A stretch of 64,000 nt of DNA from Eledone cirrhosa (GCA_964016885.1 OZ024742.1:104160001-104224000), one strand, 5' to 3'. Counted from the stretch's first letter, positions 40,234 through 53,631 are shown. Notes: generated from the sequence alone by a model not told the origin. Numbers and translations are program-made.

Positions 40234-41531
40234 CGAGGGGGGATCAAAAAGTTCGCGGAATGTTTCAGAAAATATTCTATTTTTCAAAAAATATGATTTA
40301 CCTTCAATTTATTTTTCTACATAGTTGCCATCCAGGTCAATACACTTCACAAGGCGATGCTTCCAGCTTCGTAAGCTGTCTCTAAAGAAAGTTGAAGGCC
40401 TTGTTCGAAGCCATGTGTTGGCAGTATTTTTATCTTCTTCAACACCACTAAAACGGGTTCCTTTTAGCATTTCTTTGAATTTTGGAAAGAGGAAAAAGTC
40501 TGATGGGGCTAAATCTGGACTATAAGGCGGGTGAGGAAGCACTTCCCATCGAAATTCTCGAAGAACTTCTTTTGCAACCCGCGCTGGTGCATTGTCATGG
40601 TCAAACAAGATCCCACCATGAAGTTTCCCTTTTCGTTTCTTGACTAATGCCTCTTTCAGCTTCCTTAAAACATTTGCATAGTAAGCTCCTGTCACAGTTC
40701 TTTGACCTTCAAGATAATCTATTAGTATCACCCTATCTGAATCCCAGAAAATGGTGGCCATCCCTTTTTGATCCGACTTTTGAGATTTGAACTGGCCCCG
40801 ATGATCCACGTGGAAGCCACTGTATTGACTGCTGTTTGGATTCAGGATCATACTGGTAGATCCAGGTTTCATCTCCGTTGATGATTCTGGTCAGGAAATC
40901 CTCTTCATCAACTTCAATTTTGTTTAATATCGCCAAAGACAGATCACTTCGAAGAATCAGCTGATCAGGGCGCAACGCTTTTGGGATCCATCGTGCTGAA
41001 AGCTTGCTTAGTCCCAGATTATCGTGCAGAATTGAATTTGCTGAACCATATGAAATGTCTAGGGACTTAGCTAACTGATTAACTGTTATTCTTCGATCTT
41101 CTTCAATTAAAGTCTGAGCAGCCTCAACGTTTTGGTCATTTTTTGATGTTCCTAGTCTTTCACGGCGATGGTCGTCTTCAAGGTCGTCTTTCCCTTGTTT
41201 GAATCGCTGAATCCACTTGTAGACAGCAGTTTTCTTTGGAGCAGTAGTACCGTAAACTTTAACTAAAGCCTCCATAATCTGTGTCCCTTTCCATTTGAGT
41301 TTCACCAGAAACTTGATATTCGATCTTATCTCAAAATAACTATTTTCCATTGTTCCAAAAAGAGGTTTTTTAAAGAGTGTCAGTACTGTACAATAGTCCG
41401 CGTATAACTGACTGCAAGTGACTAATAGCAAGGTAAACACCCAGTGACAATGTTCTGACATGTTTAATATTGTTTTAACCTATTTTTTTCTTACTACGAT
41501 AAAATACCGCAAACTTTTTGATCCCCCCTCG
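40234..41531 (-). mobile_element. Full-length (1298 bp) mariner transposon, irritans-like, in a tensin intron
   Basis: TA TSDs; 28-bp TIRs cgaggggggatcaaaaagttcgcggaat with 2 mismatches. Confidence 0.95.
40309..41350 (-). pseudogene. mariner transposase pseudogene
   Basis: ARWIPKAL, GDETW, HDNA and YSPDLAPSDF motifs; frameshift near 40790; D-to-D spacing is 31 instead of 34. Confidence 0.93.
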
Positions 41532-42202
41532 TACAAACACATATGTACACAAGAATGGACTTCCATTGCTTTTGACAATGAGTGTTCTAGTTCTCCAGTC
41601 AACACAACAGCTTGTTTGAAATTAATGTGAACCTTTAATATAACTCTCAGGAAGATTCAGCCTGATACAGTGTGTGACAAGGCTGGCCATTTGAAATTAC
41701 AGTCCATTCAATGGGCTTTCAAACAGTTTCTGTCTACTGAAGTTCACTAACAAAGCCTGGGTTGACCTGAGACTATAGTAAATGACACTTGCCCAAGATA
41801 CTGTTCAGTGAGATTGAACCTGGGACCTAATAATTGCAAAGCAAACTTTTTAACTATTCAACCATGCTTCATGAACACATACACACAATATCTATCATTA
41901 CTGACATAACACATATACATTCAATAAATAATAATGGTTTCTGACTTAGGCACAAAGCCAACAATTTTGGTGGAATTGAAAGTCAATTGAACCAGCCTCA
42001 GTGCGTTAACAGTGCTCTATTTCATCAGCCCTGTAAGGATGAAAGGCAAAGCTAACATCAGCAAGATTTGAACTCAGAACATAATGAGCCATACCTATAT
42101 GCTACAAAGCATGTTGTCTGACGCTCTACCGATACTGCCAATCTACTGCCCTTATTCAATAAATAAAGATATAGAAATCTGCCATTGTAGACTGGAACTT
42201 AC

Positions 42203-42286
42203 CATCTTCTCTGCTAATGTTAGGTTTGTACCAGAATTTGGACGTATCTTTCACAAATTTGGGTGTACTTTGAACAAGGTCCGATT
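42203..42286 (-). CDS. TNS: Tensin exon at SH2 start (ESDLVQSTPKFVKDTSKFWYKPNISRED)
   Basis: Hallmark KFV.DTSK.WYKP.ISRE; gacAG/GTAAGT; phase 1-1. Confidence 0.96.
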
Positions 42287-42801
42287 CTGTCAAAATAATT
42301 TAACAATTAATAACAACAACAATTAGAATAGCTAGTTGGCTCCATGGAAATTCTGTTTGTTGAAAACAATAATTACCGTGACATATATTTGTTATTCTAT
42401 CATTGTAACATATGAATCATTATACCATTAATTATTATTATTATAATTTATGCCATTAATTTAATAATTTATATATATAATGAATTTTAGTAATAGTTTT
42501 TCCTCTTTGTTTGCTTATTGGTATTAACTACCCTAACAAAAACATCAGTTAATTTCCTAATCCTAGAGAATATAAGATAACTGCCCCTGACTAAACCACT
42601 AGCAGTGCTAAGTAAATCCCTGACTTATTAAATGTTTTACCTTGTGTTTTATTGCCATGCCCAGCCCTCACAATTATTATGAAAAGTTTTTAACATAAAC
42701 AGTTTTTGAATCATAAATCAAGCCCCGTTTCATGAAGTGTAATATCAAAAGAGGTTAAAAGAATAAGTTTACACACATGTAAAGACACAATTGCTACTGA
42801 C

Positions 42802-42965
42802 CTGCTAGTGAAGACATGCTCCCTCTACGAGACAGTCCAAAATAGACACTGGGTGAACTCTGTCCACCCATTGACAGAGGGCCAGGACTTATGGCGCTAC
42901 TGCTGCCCATATGTTGTGCACTCAGCTGCTGTCGTAGTATGTTCAGACTACCTGGTGAAGGGGGA
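42802..42965 (-). CDS. TNS: Tensin pre-SH2 Ser/Pro-rich exon (PPSPGSLNILRQQL...GQSSPSVYFGLSRRGSMSSLA)
   Basis: Pyrimidine tract plus tacAG, G|GTcagt donor; open frame, phase 2 to 1, matching the next exon. Confidence 0.85.
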
Positions 42966-45900
42966 CTGTAATAGAAAGGGAAAATAAAACAGAACAGTTA
43001 GCGTTGTTGGATTCTACTACTCTATAAAAGCACACACAATGTGTTGGTGCCATGACAAAAAAAAACACCCAGTCCACCTTGTATGGTAGCTGTGCTGGTG
43101 TTACAACAAAAAGCACCCAGTCCACATGTAAGGTAGTACCATGGAAAAAGCTCCCAGTACATGCTGTAAAGTGGCTGGCATTAAGATGGGCATCTAGCCA
43201 TAGAAAACCAAGCCAAAAATGTAATATTTGAGCAAAATGTGGTAACCTGACTTATGTAGCTTTATAATGTGACAGACCATTTAACATATGCAAGCAAGGA
43301 AAATCGATATTAAACAATGATGACAGTGATGATGATTGATGTACAAGAATCAATGTGGAAATCTTTTCTATATGATCATTAACCTGCTAGAAATAACAGT
43401 CAAATTTCTATTAGCCATGATAATTTTTTTCAGACATCATCTAATGTACAACTCCATTTTCAGAAAATAAAATATGATTTGAGAAAGATTTGGTTGTTAT
43501 TTTTAGCAGGTCAAGCAATTTCACTGAGGTTCCCTCTTTGGCTTACAGTTTTCTTATGCAGATAATCCTGATATGAGAAGAAAATGGGAGAGGGGGGAAG
43601 GAGGAAGAAAGAGTAAGACAGTGATAGAGAAGATTAAAAGAAAGAAGCAGATTGTGGGAGATTGTGGGAGTAGGATAAACAGATTTTTATATCTTCAAAT
43701 TATAGAAAAATATGTAAAGTAGATAATGATAATTAAAAAAATGGAGAAATAATTGCAAACTTCAACAAAATAGAAAATAACACCATGAAAAAGTAAAACA
43801 AACAAACGCCCAAAACACATTGAACTAATTACATGTGCACTTAATTAATGATACAGCCTCAATAAAATGTGTAACCTATAAATATAATGACCTACACTAA
43901 AGTATCTGTACCCCATTAATGATCCACCCTCACATGTAACTAACCTTTCAGTGAGGGAGCACATACATGGTTGCTTCGATCTGTTAAACATGGCAAATGA
44001 ATTACCCTCAAATCACACTATCATAAAAACAGGGAAGTCACACTGGGTAATATAGTCCTACGAATAACAATTAGAGATGGTCACAGCTGGAACATCTTTT
44101 GATCACAGACCTGCTCAATTAATGAGAGCCTGTTGCTAGGTAACAACAATTAATGTCAGTGTAAATAATGTGATCTTTGGGCCTTACTATATATAGTAAG
44201 GCCCAAGGATCAACAAACAGGACATATCTGATAATCCTGTGAATACATATGAGAAACTCCAGAGTAACAAGACTCATTATTTAGCCATAATAAAGACAGA
44301 CTATATATATATATAAAGGAAAACAACATGGGAAAACAAAACAATCCTTATCCTAGTGGAGTTGTAGGGGCACCGTATTGACATGCAGTATTTCTTGAGC
44401 ATTTTAAAGTCTGGTTAGTGGAGCCCATCCCTCTCCAGGTCTGAACGCACCAGATTTCTTCCAGAGAAGGATAGAAAGAGACAGAGAGAGGAAGTGAGAA
44501 AGGGATATAGGGGAGGAATCAACTCCAGTACCAGACTGGTATCTTATTTTTTTTCATCAACCTTAAAAGAATGAAAGGCAAAGTTGACCGTGGCAGGATT
44601 TGAACTCAGAGAGCAGAGAACCAGAATAGGATGAATACCACAAATCATTCTATCCAATGTTCTAACGACTCTGCCAATTTGCTGCCTATAACAATACAAT
44701 GATGATTTATATTAGTTTAACACTTAATATAAAAGGAAAAGAGTCTTAATGTTTCTGATGTTAGTCCTTCATTGGAAGGTAGAATGAGAGAGAGAAGAAA
44801 TAGAAAGATAGAGGAGGGTAAGAAAAGAAAGAAAAGGGGAAAACATTTTTTTTTTCACAAGGAAAACGTGTGTGCAATTAGCCAGCCATTTTTCCCATAT
44901 GGAAAAGCAGGGGTAATGATGATGATGGTGTGCAATGCTGAACAACTGAAAGGAAATACATAGCTTCAATCAACATGTTATTTCCTAATAACTGTTGCAG
45001 AGTAAGAGAGGAAGAAAGGGAATAACTCCAACAGGAATTTTGAGTAATAAATATCTTATTGCTAGCCATATTATACCAACCAATTATTACAGAAGCAACA
45101 AGAAAACCTTCTCTATGCTGTGGCTTGACCTGCTAGAAATAAGAGCCAAACACCCCCTAAAATTTTACCTTAGCATCTTAACAGTTTAATCAAGTCTTAG
45201 ATACATCCTAAACCCCCCACCACCACAATAAAATACCAAAACAATACCCCCAAAAAGTCAGATAATCATGGTTGGAACCTGTTTGATAGGTCTGCTGTGA
45301 TTTAACTATAATTGTTTCTACTTTTGGCACAAAGCCAGCAATTACCCAGTTCATTACTGGTACTTTATTTTATCGACCTGGTAAGGATGAAAGGCAAAGT
45401 TAACCTCGCCGGTTATTTAACTATAATAAGAGTTAAGCATTAAACTGTTGGGTTACTAATGTAAAATGACCCAAGTCAGTCCTATAATGTACATCAATAT
45501 CTTCTTACATATGGACAATGACATGTGGATAATTCATGTTATTGTTACAGCTCACCAGATCACTGAGCCAACTAAGGCACCAGTGTAATTGCTTGATATC
45601 CTAGAAGTAGCAGTTAAATATCAGTTAAAATACATCATCATCACCATCATTGTTTTATATCTATTTTCCATGCTTGCATGGGTTATACAGGTTATCACGT
45701 TCTGAGGTTAGACATGTCAGATGACTGCCTTGCTCCTATGTTCCATTCTGCCATGGTTTCTATGGCTGTATGACCTTACTAATGCCAACCATTCCATGGC
45801 ATGCACCAGGTGCATTTTATTGTGTCAGCACCCCTACCATTTTACTGGAAGGCCACATTGGCTGATGATATACATAGATATACAAAAGATAGGCTGATCA

Positions 45901-46120
45901 TGGTTGACCTGGGTCTAAACAACATCAACAACCAAGCCTTGTAACTTCTCAAGAATTTATCTTCAGGAACTCATGACAGATATATGCTGATGTTCAGACA
46001 TGGCCAATCCATCCATACTCATAGAAATTGAAGATATTAACACCAAAAGACCCTGTGATAAATTAAGACAAATTTATAGCTTTGATGATAGTGGTGTTAA
46101 TGGTGTTAATGGCGACTAAC

Positions 46121-46177
46121 TCTCCCTCATCTACAAAGCTTCTATTTGGTGGCTGTATGAGTCTTCTGTATGTTGTT
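46121..46177 (-). CDS. TNS: Probable tensin exon (TTYRRLIQPPNRSFVDEG)
   Basis: catAG/GTtagt, 57 nt, phase 2-2, joins the 42965 exon in frame (GA+T = Asp); no recognisable motif. Confidence 0.55.
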
Positions 46178-46368
46178 CTATGTTTGGAGATAACAGATGT
46201 CAGAGTAAAATAAACAGTAGTTAGCTGGATTACCCAGAGACATTTGTAACAGAGACCAAACTGACATACTGAACACATTCACATGTATGTTATCACACCC
46301 ACAGACATATACATATATATATGAAAATACACATTTGCACACAAACACACACCCTATTCCAGAATTTG

Positions 46369-46428
<60 letters not shown>

Positions 46429-46550
46429 GATGCAAGCATAAAAGCAAGTGTATGCCAACATATGTACACACATCTGTTGTCATTTACAAAACAAAATAAC
46501 ACAGATGCACATACAAAGCTGCATGTATTATTAATGCAGACAGACAGGCA

Positions 46551-46620
<70 letters not shown>

Positions 46621-48569
46621 GTAACTTACAGCTATGTTTAGACTAAAAAAAACCAAAAAACCCAGTAGTTCAGTAATACTATTCACACCATGAAGTACAA
46701 AAGTTAGATCTGAAGAGATGCTGAGAGAGAGAGATAGAGATAGAGAGAGCAAAAGAAAAAAAGATAAGAAGAATGAAATAGAATAACAGAAATTAAATAA
46801 GAGTAAACGTTAAATAGACATTTCAGGTTGGAAAATAGAAAAAGTGAACAGTGGACAATGTAAGCTAGCCATAATTGGGTTTCCTCAGGACATATTTTCC
46901 ATTCCTTCCTGTGGAATGAAAAGGGGAGTTGGGAGAGGGTGATCAGGAAATGTCCAACTTGAAACAGTTCTGTTTCCTCCCCCTCCCCTTTTTACTCTCA
47001 ACCAAGTTATATTTCAGATATGACTGAAGACAAGGAGAAAACTATTGCACAAGACATTCAAGTTATTTTATCTATCATTTTAACCTTTCTGTGGCCATAT
47101 TTCTAATGGTATACACTGACTACTTGTGTTTATTCATTTTGAAAATAATCAAGTTATAGGTGTTTAGTCAAATAAGTAATTTTTACATATATTACTATAT
47201 CAAGATAGTGTTTAGAACAAAACTTATTAAAAGGATTCTAACATAAAATTATAATGGAGAGCTAGTACATCTGTTGAAAACAAAAGGTTTCTCTCTATGA
47301 ATGAAAGGCTCGTTGTATATCATCATCATCGTTTAACGGGTGATGATGATGGGTTCAAATTATCTTAGAACCAAACTTAAAAGTGGTTTCGTGCAGAAAG
47401 GAGAGTTCAATGTTTTATAAACAAAAGTATTTGTAATTCTAAATGAGGATATTTCACTTCAAAGTGAGAATAACAGTTTCAAAGTGAGCTCATGTCACTT
47501 AAATAAAACCTAAACTTACTTGATTTATTTAATGAAGAATATGAATAAATTCTCTCTCTTTCTAAAAGAAGTTTTGTTTCATTTAATGTCCCATTAAAAT
47601 TTTAGGATGGTGAAAATTGTTATGAAAAATATAGGTATAGAAAATTGTATAAAAGGTTCCAACAAAAAAAATGAGTTTGAGAACTACTATTTTTTAATAT
47701 TTAGTTTACTGTCACATTTCTGAGTTGAACCTCTCATAGGAGCTGACTTGATTTTCACTATTCCAGTGCAAGTTGAAATAAAATCCCAAACAATGAAGCT
47801 GAAGAAGAAATAACTTGTTCATAATTTTATCTGAAACCCTTATTACAACCAATACCTTGAGAACAGGGTTGGGTTAAATATTAACCAAAATACGGGTATG
47901 TTTAGGGCATCAGGGTAAGAAGGACACCATAATCTTTTAAGTACTTAGGGCCTGAAAAGGATTTAACCTGGCCCTGTTTCAGAAGTTTCTAAGAAAAGTG
48001 GAGCTTCAAACTCAGGTAATCACCTTCACATTGTCCACATATTTAAGATGAAAGTGAGAAATCAGTAAAAATGACACCTGGGATAGAGTTATGGTAAAAT
48101 ATTTAGAGGAGAGTAGTCAGTAAAATGCCAGATAATGACCTCATTTATAGATAGAATTACATAGGTTCTTTTTTTTTTCTTGATGGGGGTGGTAGTGGTG
48201 GTGGTAAAAGGGTTGAAATATTTGATGATATTAGTTAGCTTGGTGTTTTTCATTATAAATAAGCTTACTCTATGTATGCATGTGGAAAGCATGAGTGGGA
48301 GTTGCTATGTATTAAAAAAGATGTGTATATGTGTGTATATGTGCATGTGTGTATATGTGTGTGCTTATGTGCACGTGCATGTTTAGGTATATATGTAATT
48401 CTCAGACCAACAGTCTTCATATCCTGGTTGTACAGTTTATATAAACAGACAGTATATATAATGAGAGTTAAAGCAGATTAATGAAGAGAGAAGTGTGTAG
48501 ATGTGTGTGCATGCATAAATATAAGTGTATATACATATACATGAATGTGTGTGTGTGTATATATATATA

Positions 48570-50705
48570 TCATCATCATCATCAACGTTTAACGTCCGTG
48601 TTCCACGCTTGCATGGGTTTGGACGGGGGTTTTCCCACTTGAGGCAAGAGTGATTGTCTTGCTCGCATAGGACTGTCTGGCAGGTTTTCTACAGTTGGAT
48701 GCCCTTCCTAACACCAACCACATTTACAGTGTGGGTCTGGGAGGTTTTTACTGTGTTGCCTACACGGCCACATTACAGCGTGGACTGTGTTTTTTTGTCG
48801 TGACACCTACACGACCTCATTTGTTTCGGCCTGGATGGTGTGGCACCAACATAACTTTACATAGAAAGGGGCGGTGTGGATGGGGTGGGGTGGTGGGACG
48901 GGGGTGTATTTTGTTAGAGATGCCTACTGACTGTAGTAGGTTTTACTATGTATTTAGGTAAGGCCAAATACATAGTAAAGTACCGCCAAAGGTCTCGGTC
49001 CAGTGACATTGTCTTGGAGAGGTGTAAGTGTGTGAGGTCGGAGTTTATCAGCTCGTCCCAGGTTTTTCTAGGTCTGCCTATTCCGTGGCTACCGTCTATC
49101 TTTATTGCCCTGCACTTTGTTATACAGCTATCGACTTTCATGCACATCACGTGTCCATACCAACGTAGCCTTCTCTCGAGTAAACAACATCTGATCCCTC
49201 TTATTTCTAATTTTTTCCTTAGTTCGTTTATGCTTTGCCGTTCACGTATATTACTATTACACATCCAGCGGAGCATGCAAGCTTCGTTCCTCTCTAGTCT
49301 GCGTATATCCTCTGCACACAATGCCCAGGTCTCACTGCCATGCAACATTGCTGTTCGTATGCAGGCATCATACAACCTGCCTTTCATTTTTAGGGAGAAC
49401 CCTCTAGCGGCTAATAGTGGTATAAGCTCTCTGAACTTTTTCCATCCAGTTCTGACTCTAGCTACTGTACTTTCAGAGCACCCTCCCCCACTGCTGATTT
49501 TGTCACCCAGGTAACGGAAGCTGTCCACTATTTCTATAGAACCCTCTATGTAATTAAAAGAGCTAGTATTTTGTGGGCACTTGCTGCTACTTATTGCACC
49601 AGAGCACCGGCCACATGTAAAATCTGTGTTCTTAGTTAGCTTACCTGTGATCCCACTACATCTTTTATGCACCCATACTTTGCATTTGGGACATAAAATG
49701 GAGTTTCTACCTACGCCTTTCCTACACACTGAGCATGGCCATTTCCCGGAGGGGACTGGCGCCTTATTTTCTTTCCTACAAACTAGAACTTTAGTCTTAG
49801 CCAGGTTAATTTTAAGGCCTTTTGATTCTAGGCCGTGCTTCCATGTTTGGAATTTCTTCTCTAGCTCGGCCATTGATTCAGCTATGAGTGTTAGGTCGTC
49901 TGCGTATAGGAGTTCCCATGGGCAGCCGGTCTTGGACTCCTCTGTTATAGCCTGAAGGGCAATAATAAATAGTAGGGGGCTGAGAACAGAGCCCTGATGG
50001 ACGCCAACTTTTACGCTAAACTCTTCACTATATTCGTTGTTAATTCTAACCTTGCTGACTGTTTCTTTATACATGGCTTGTATAGCTCTCACAAGCCATT
50101 CGTCGACACCTAGTTTTCTAAGGGCCCACCAGATAATGGAACGGGAGACTCTGTCGAAGGCTTTCTCCAAGTCGACAAAAGCTAAGTAGAGGGGTTTACT
50201 TTTAGCTAGGTACTTCTCCTGTAGTTGTCGTACAATGAAAAGAGCGTCTGTGGTACTTTTGCCTGACACAAACCCGAACTGCATTTCATCTAGGTCAATT
50301 CTCTCTCTGATTAGTTGCGCTATTACTTTTTCCGTGACCTTCATGACCTGGTCAATTAATTTAATGCCTCTATAGTTACTCCTATCTAGGGCATCTCCTT
50401 TACCCTTATAACAGTTAACGATGATGCTGCTATGCCAGTCCTTCGGAACAACCCCATTCTGTACGACTTGGTTAACTATCCGGGTGACCATGGTGTGTCC
50501 CACCGTGCCAGATGCCTTCAGCATCTCAGCAACTATTTCCGAAGGCCCAGCCGCCTTACCCGTCTTCATATCCTTGATTGCCTTACTTATTATACTACCC
50601 TCGACTAACACTGCTGGTCCCTCTATTGGGTCGATGTGGGGGAGACTGTCTTTCTCCCATTTATTCTCCTCATTTAGTAGCCTTTCATAGTGACACTTCC
50701 AAGCT
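48570..50705 (-). mobile_element. 5'-truncated RTE LINE with uninterrupted ~590-aa RT ORF
   Basis: NYRGIKL, QFGF, FVDLEKAFDRV, GVHQGSVLSPLLF, LYADD, a Cys-rich PHD-like insert (CSVC..CPKC..HKRC..CGRC) and an (ATC)n tail; no endonuclease domain. Confidence 0.96.
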
Positions 50706-51093
50706 ATACACACATATATATGTATATATACACATATATATATGAATGTATAAAAATAATAAAAGAAAATAGAATTTAGGTTAAAATTGATTGACACACA
50801 CCACTACTAGTTTCATTGTTAACAGGTTACTTGTAACACAATGCCGGTGGTTCACACCTTACAAATAATATACCCCTCCATTCAGCTCCAGGGTAGGATG
50901 ACTAAAAGATAGGTGCAAAAATCTCAACACCTATTGTTGAGTGGATTACAGTAACAAAAAGACACCCCCACCCATGGAGAGAGAGGAACAGAGAGACCAT
51001 GAAGTCATAAGATTTGTCAAAAAAAAATAATAAAGAGAATGTATGTATGTGTGTGCATATATATATATACACACACACACATACATACATATA

Positions 51094-51192
51094 CAGGGTG
51101 TCCCCAAAAATGTATACAAACTTTGATAGCAGTCTAATAAATATTGCTAGTATAGGTAATCAAAATATGTATACATTTTGGGGGGACATCCT

Positions 51193-51194
<2 letters not shown>
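51094..51194. mobile_element. Small Tc1/mariner-type MITE
   Basis: TA-cagggtgtccccaaaaatgtatac ... gtatacattttggggggacatccttg-TA. Confidence 0.75.
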
Positions 51195-51223
<29 letters not shown>

Positions 51224-51230
51224 CTGTGTC

Positions 51231-51291
<61 letters not shown>

Positions 51292-51314
51292 GTGGTTACA
51301 CAACAGTTAATTCA

Positions 51315-51364
51315 CCATACCGAGAACAATTGTTTCACCTTAGCGGATCCTCAGCTGTTAATGG
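51315..51364 (-). ncRNA. Minimal hammerhead motif in the left arm of the Penelope palindrome
   Basis: Inverted copy of 52084-52133 with an identical core. Confidence 0.58.
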
Positions 51365-52083
51365 ACATGGTTATACGGAACAGGAAGGACAACCTTACGA
51401 ACGCGCATGTGCAGAAACGTTCACTTCACACAGGCAATACTAAAATGCATGCAAGAGGTGTAAGGGAGATAACTGCGAAAGTCCGAAAAGTTTCTAGTTG
51501 ATAAGAAAATTAGGATGTTGTAATTCAATCCGGAGCTTTGTAGTTATGTAAGAGGTGTTTCCAGATGTGTAGACAACCATACGTGGCTTGCGAGTTTCGT
51601 AGATGAATGTCTGTCCGGGTACCTAAAGGTCGACTGGTGGTTCAGGAAGGTACCCGGACAGATCTTCATCCATGAAACTCGCAAGCCACGTATGGTCCCT
51701 CAAGGACTCAAGTATAGACTACTCCATTCAATGGAAAGCCATCACTAAGTCCAAGCCATATGCAAGGGGCAATCCGTCGTGTGGACTATGTATTGATGAA
51801 CGTATAAATATTCTAAAGAGATTACGCAATAGTGATTGCCTAAACACGAGAAATAAATTCTTCACACGTTGTCCACACATCTGGAAACACCTCTTACATA
51901 ACCACAAAGCTCCGGATTGAATTACAACAACATCCTAATTTTCTTATCAACTAGAAACTTTTCGGAATTTCGCAGTTATCTCCCTTACACCTCTTGCATG
52001 CATTTTAGTATTGCCTGTGTGAAGTGAACGTTTCTGCGCATGTGCGTTCGTACGGTTGTCCTTCCTGTTCCGTATAACCATGT

Positions 52084-52133
52084 CCATTAACAGCTGAGGA
52101 TCCGCTAAGGTGAAACAATTGTTCTCGGTTTGG
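52084..52133 (+). ncRNA. Minimal hammerhead motif in the right arm of the Penelope palindrome
   Basis: CUGAGGA-uccgcuaaggu-GAA-ACAAUUGU-U; palindromic helix III; helix I only forms with bulges (CCAuuAACAG / CUcgGUUUGG). Confidence 0.6.
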
Positions 52134-52361
52134 TGAACTAACTGTTGTGTAACCACTTCTACCTAACTCGTCCCATGGACTGAGTGCTCTACCACTACGG
52201 ATATTACCTTCCAGTGTTCTACCACTATATATATATGGTTTGTTGATTATTATTCAACAGAATTAATTTTATAACAGATTTGAAGCACTCTACAGTTTAT
52301 CTAGAGTATTATTAATATTAACAATATTAATAAATGGAAAATACCTTTATAATACCATATT

Positions 52362-52421
52362 TATTTTATTATACGTATTTCAAGGACACTAAATTTTAGT
52401 GTGCTTTCATCAGATAAAATA
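52362..52421 (-). ncRNA. Type I hammerhead ribozyme motif, intact core
   Basis: Minus strand reads UAUUUUAU-CUGAUGA-AAGcACACUAA aau UUAGUGUcCUU-GAA-AUACGUAU-A-AUAAAAUA: 8-bp helix I, 10-bp helix II, palindromic helix III, AUA triplet. Confidence 0.8.
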
Positions 52422-53385
52422 TAATATTTGGTGTTAAGATATTGACATACCTTAGCACAAACTTACTAGCATAAGCCTGCATCGTTTTGTTAGAACTAAA
52501 AAATAAATTACTACTCTTCAGTAGTTTGTTGTCATTACTTTTCTAGTGCATGAAGATGTGTAGTGGAGAGATGATAGTATAGCCAGTATATTGTATGAAT
52601 GGAGTTGTAACTCCTAGCAGAGTCACAGGGGTGCCATGGGCATTCTTTAAAATATAGTAGAATCCATCCTTCTCTAGCTCTAAACACAGTCAATTTCTTC
52701 CAGAGAAACAGAGAGAATGAGAAAGAGGATGTAAGAAAGATATATATATACATACAGAGAGAGAGAGAGAGAGGGGGGGGGATCAACCCCAGGATTGGAC
52801 TGGTACATTTTTTTTAAAATCAACCTCGAAAGGATGAAAAGCAAAGTTGACCATGGAAGGATTTGAACTTAGAATGCTGAGAGCCAGAACGAATACCACA
52901 AAGCATTCTATCCAACATTCTAACGACTACCAATCCACTGCCTATAACCAGTATATTACTGGAATATATGTTTGTCTTTTATCAACTTAAGAAAAGATAA
53001 AAGGTGAAGACGATCTATCTATAGCTGAGGGATATGATTCAAATAAAATCCATGTTGAAGCACTAAAACTTGACATGGTAAAGATATACTGTTATTCAAC
53101 ATCTGCAATAATAATATTTTACTTTGGAAGCTGTCATGTAGAAGCATTGGTACTGACTGAAACAGTATGATACTAAATGTTATAAGGTAAACCTGAACAT
53201 CATCACATAAGTACCATATGTTTAAATATGACTATATATTTATATGTGTGTGTGTGTGTATACACGGGTATATATCAACATCATCATCCTAATATTTACA
53301 AATATATATGTAAGTCCTGGGTTCAATCGGGGGTAACCACAGTAAGATACTCAATACATTAGTAGAGTGTAAATATCATGTTTAA

Positions 53386-53618
53386 CCCTTTAGCATTTAA
53401 ACTGGCTGTATCTGGCCAGAATTCTCATCTCTTTCTGTTCAAACTGGCCATATTTGGTTGCTAATACTGGTGTTAAGGTATTGTTCTCAAAATAGATAAC
53501 ATCAAAATCTTGTAGATTTGATATTATGCTAGATGATTATGTAAGATAAATCCTTTACCATAAGAATACGATAATATATATATATATATATATATAGAGT
53601 AATGTAAATGCTAAAGAG
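53386..53618. mobile_element. piggyBac-type MITE nested in a Penelope-derived repeat
   Basis: TTAA at 53382-53385 and 53619-53622; same TIR family as 20958-21121. Confidence 0.85.
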
Positions 53619-53631
53619 TTAATATAGAAAT

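Larger units (their letters stand above)
51288..52225 (+). mobile_element. Penelope-like element 3' remnant with inverted pseudo-LTR
   Basis: ORF 51672-51920 resembles a PLE GIY-YIG C-terminus (LASHVWSLKD..IQW..KPY..CGLC..E..LNTR..CPH); ~290-bp inverted arms; (TA)n on both sides. Confidence 0.88.

Noticed and set aside
44350-44450. GC-richer segment as a possible tensin exon
   Set aside because: Reverse complement resembles ~17075-17150, so it is a dispersed repeat; no good donor.
50706-50797. N-terminus of the 627-aa ORF as a real start
   Set aside because: Read-through from flanking microsatellite; the element is 5'-truncated and lacks the endonuclease.
50795-50860. Hammerhead-like GAAACUAGUA with ACCAC/GUGGU helix on -
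   Set aside because: No CUGANGA box present; too degenerate to call.
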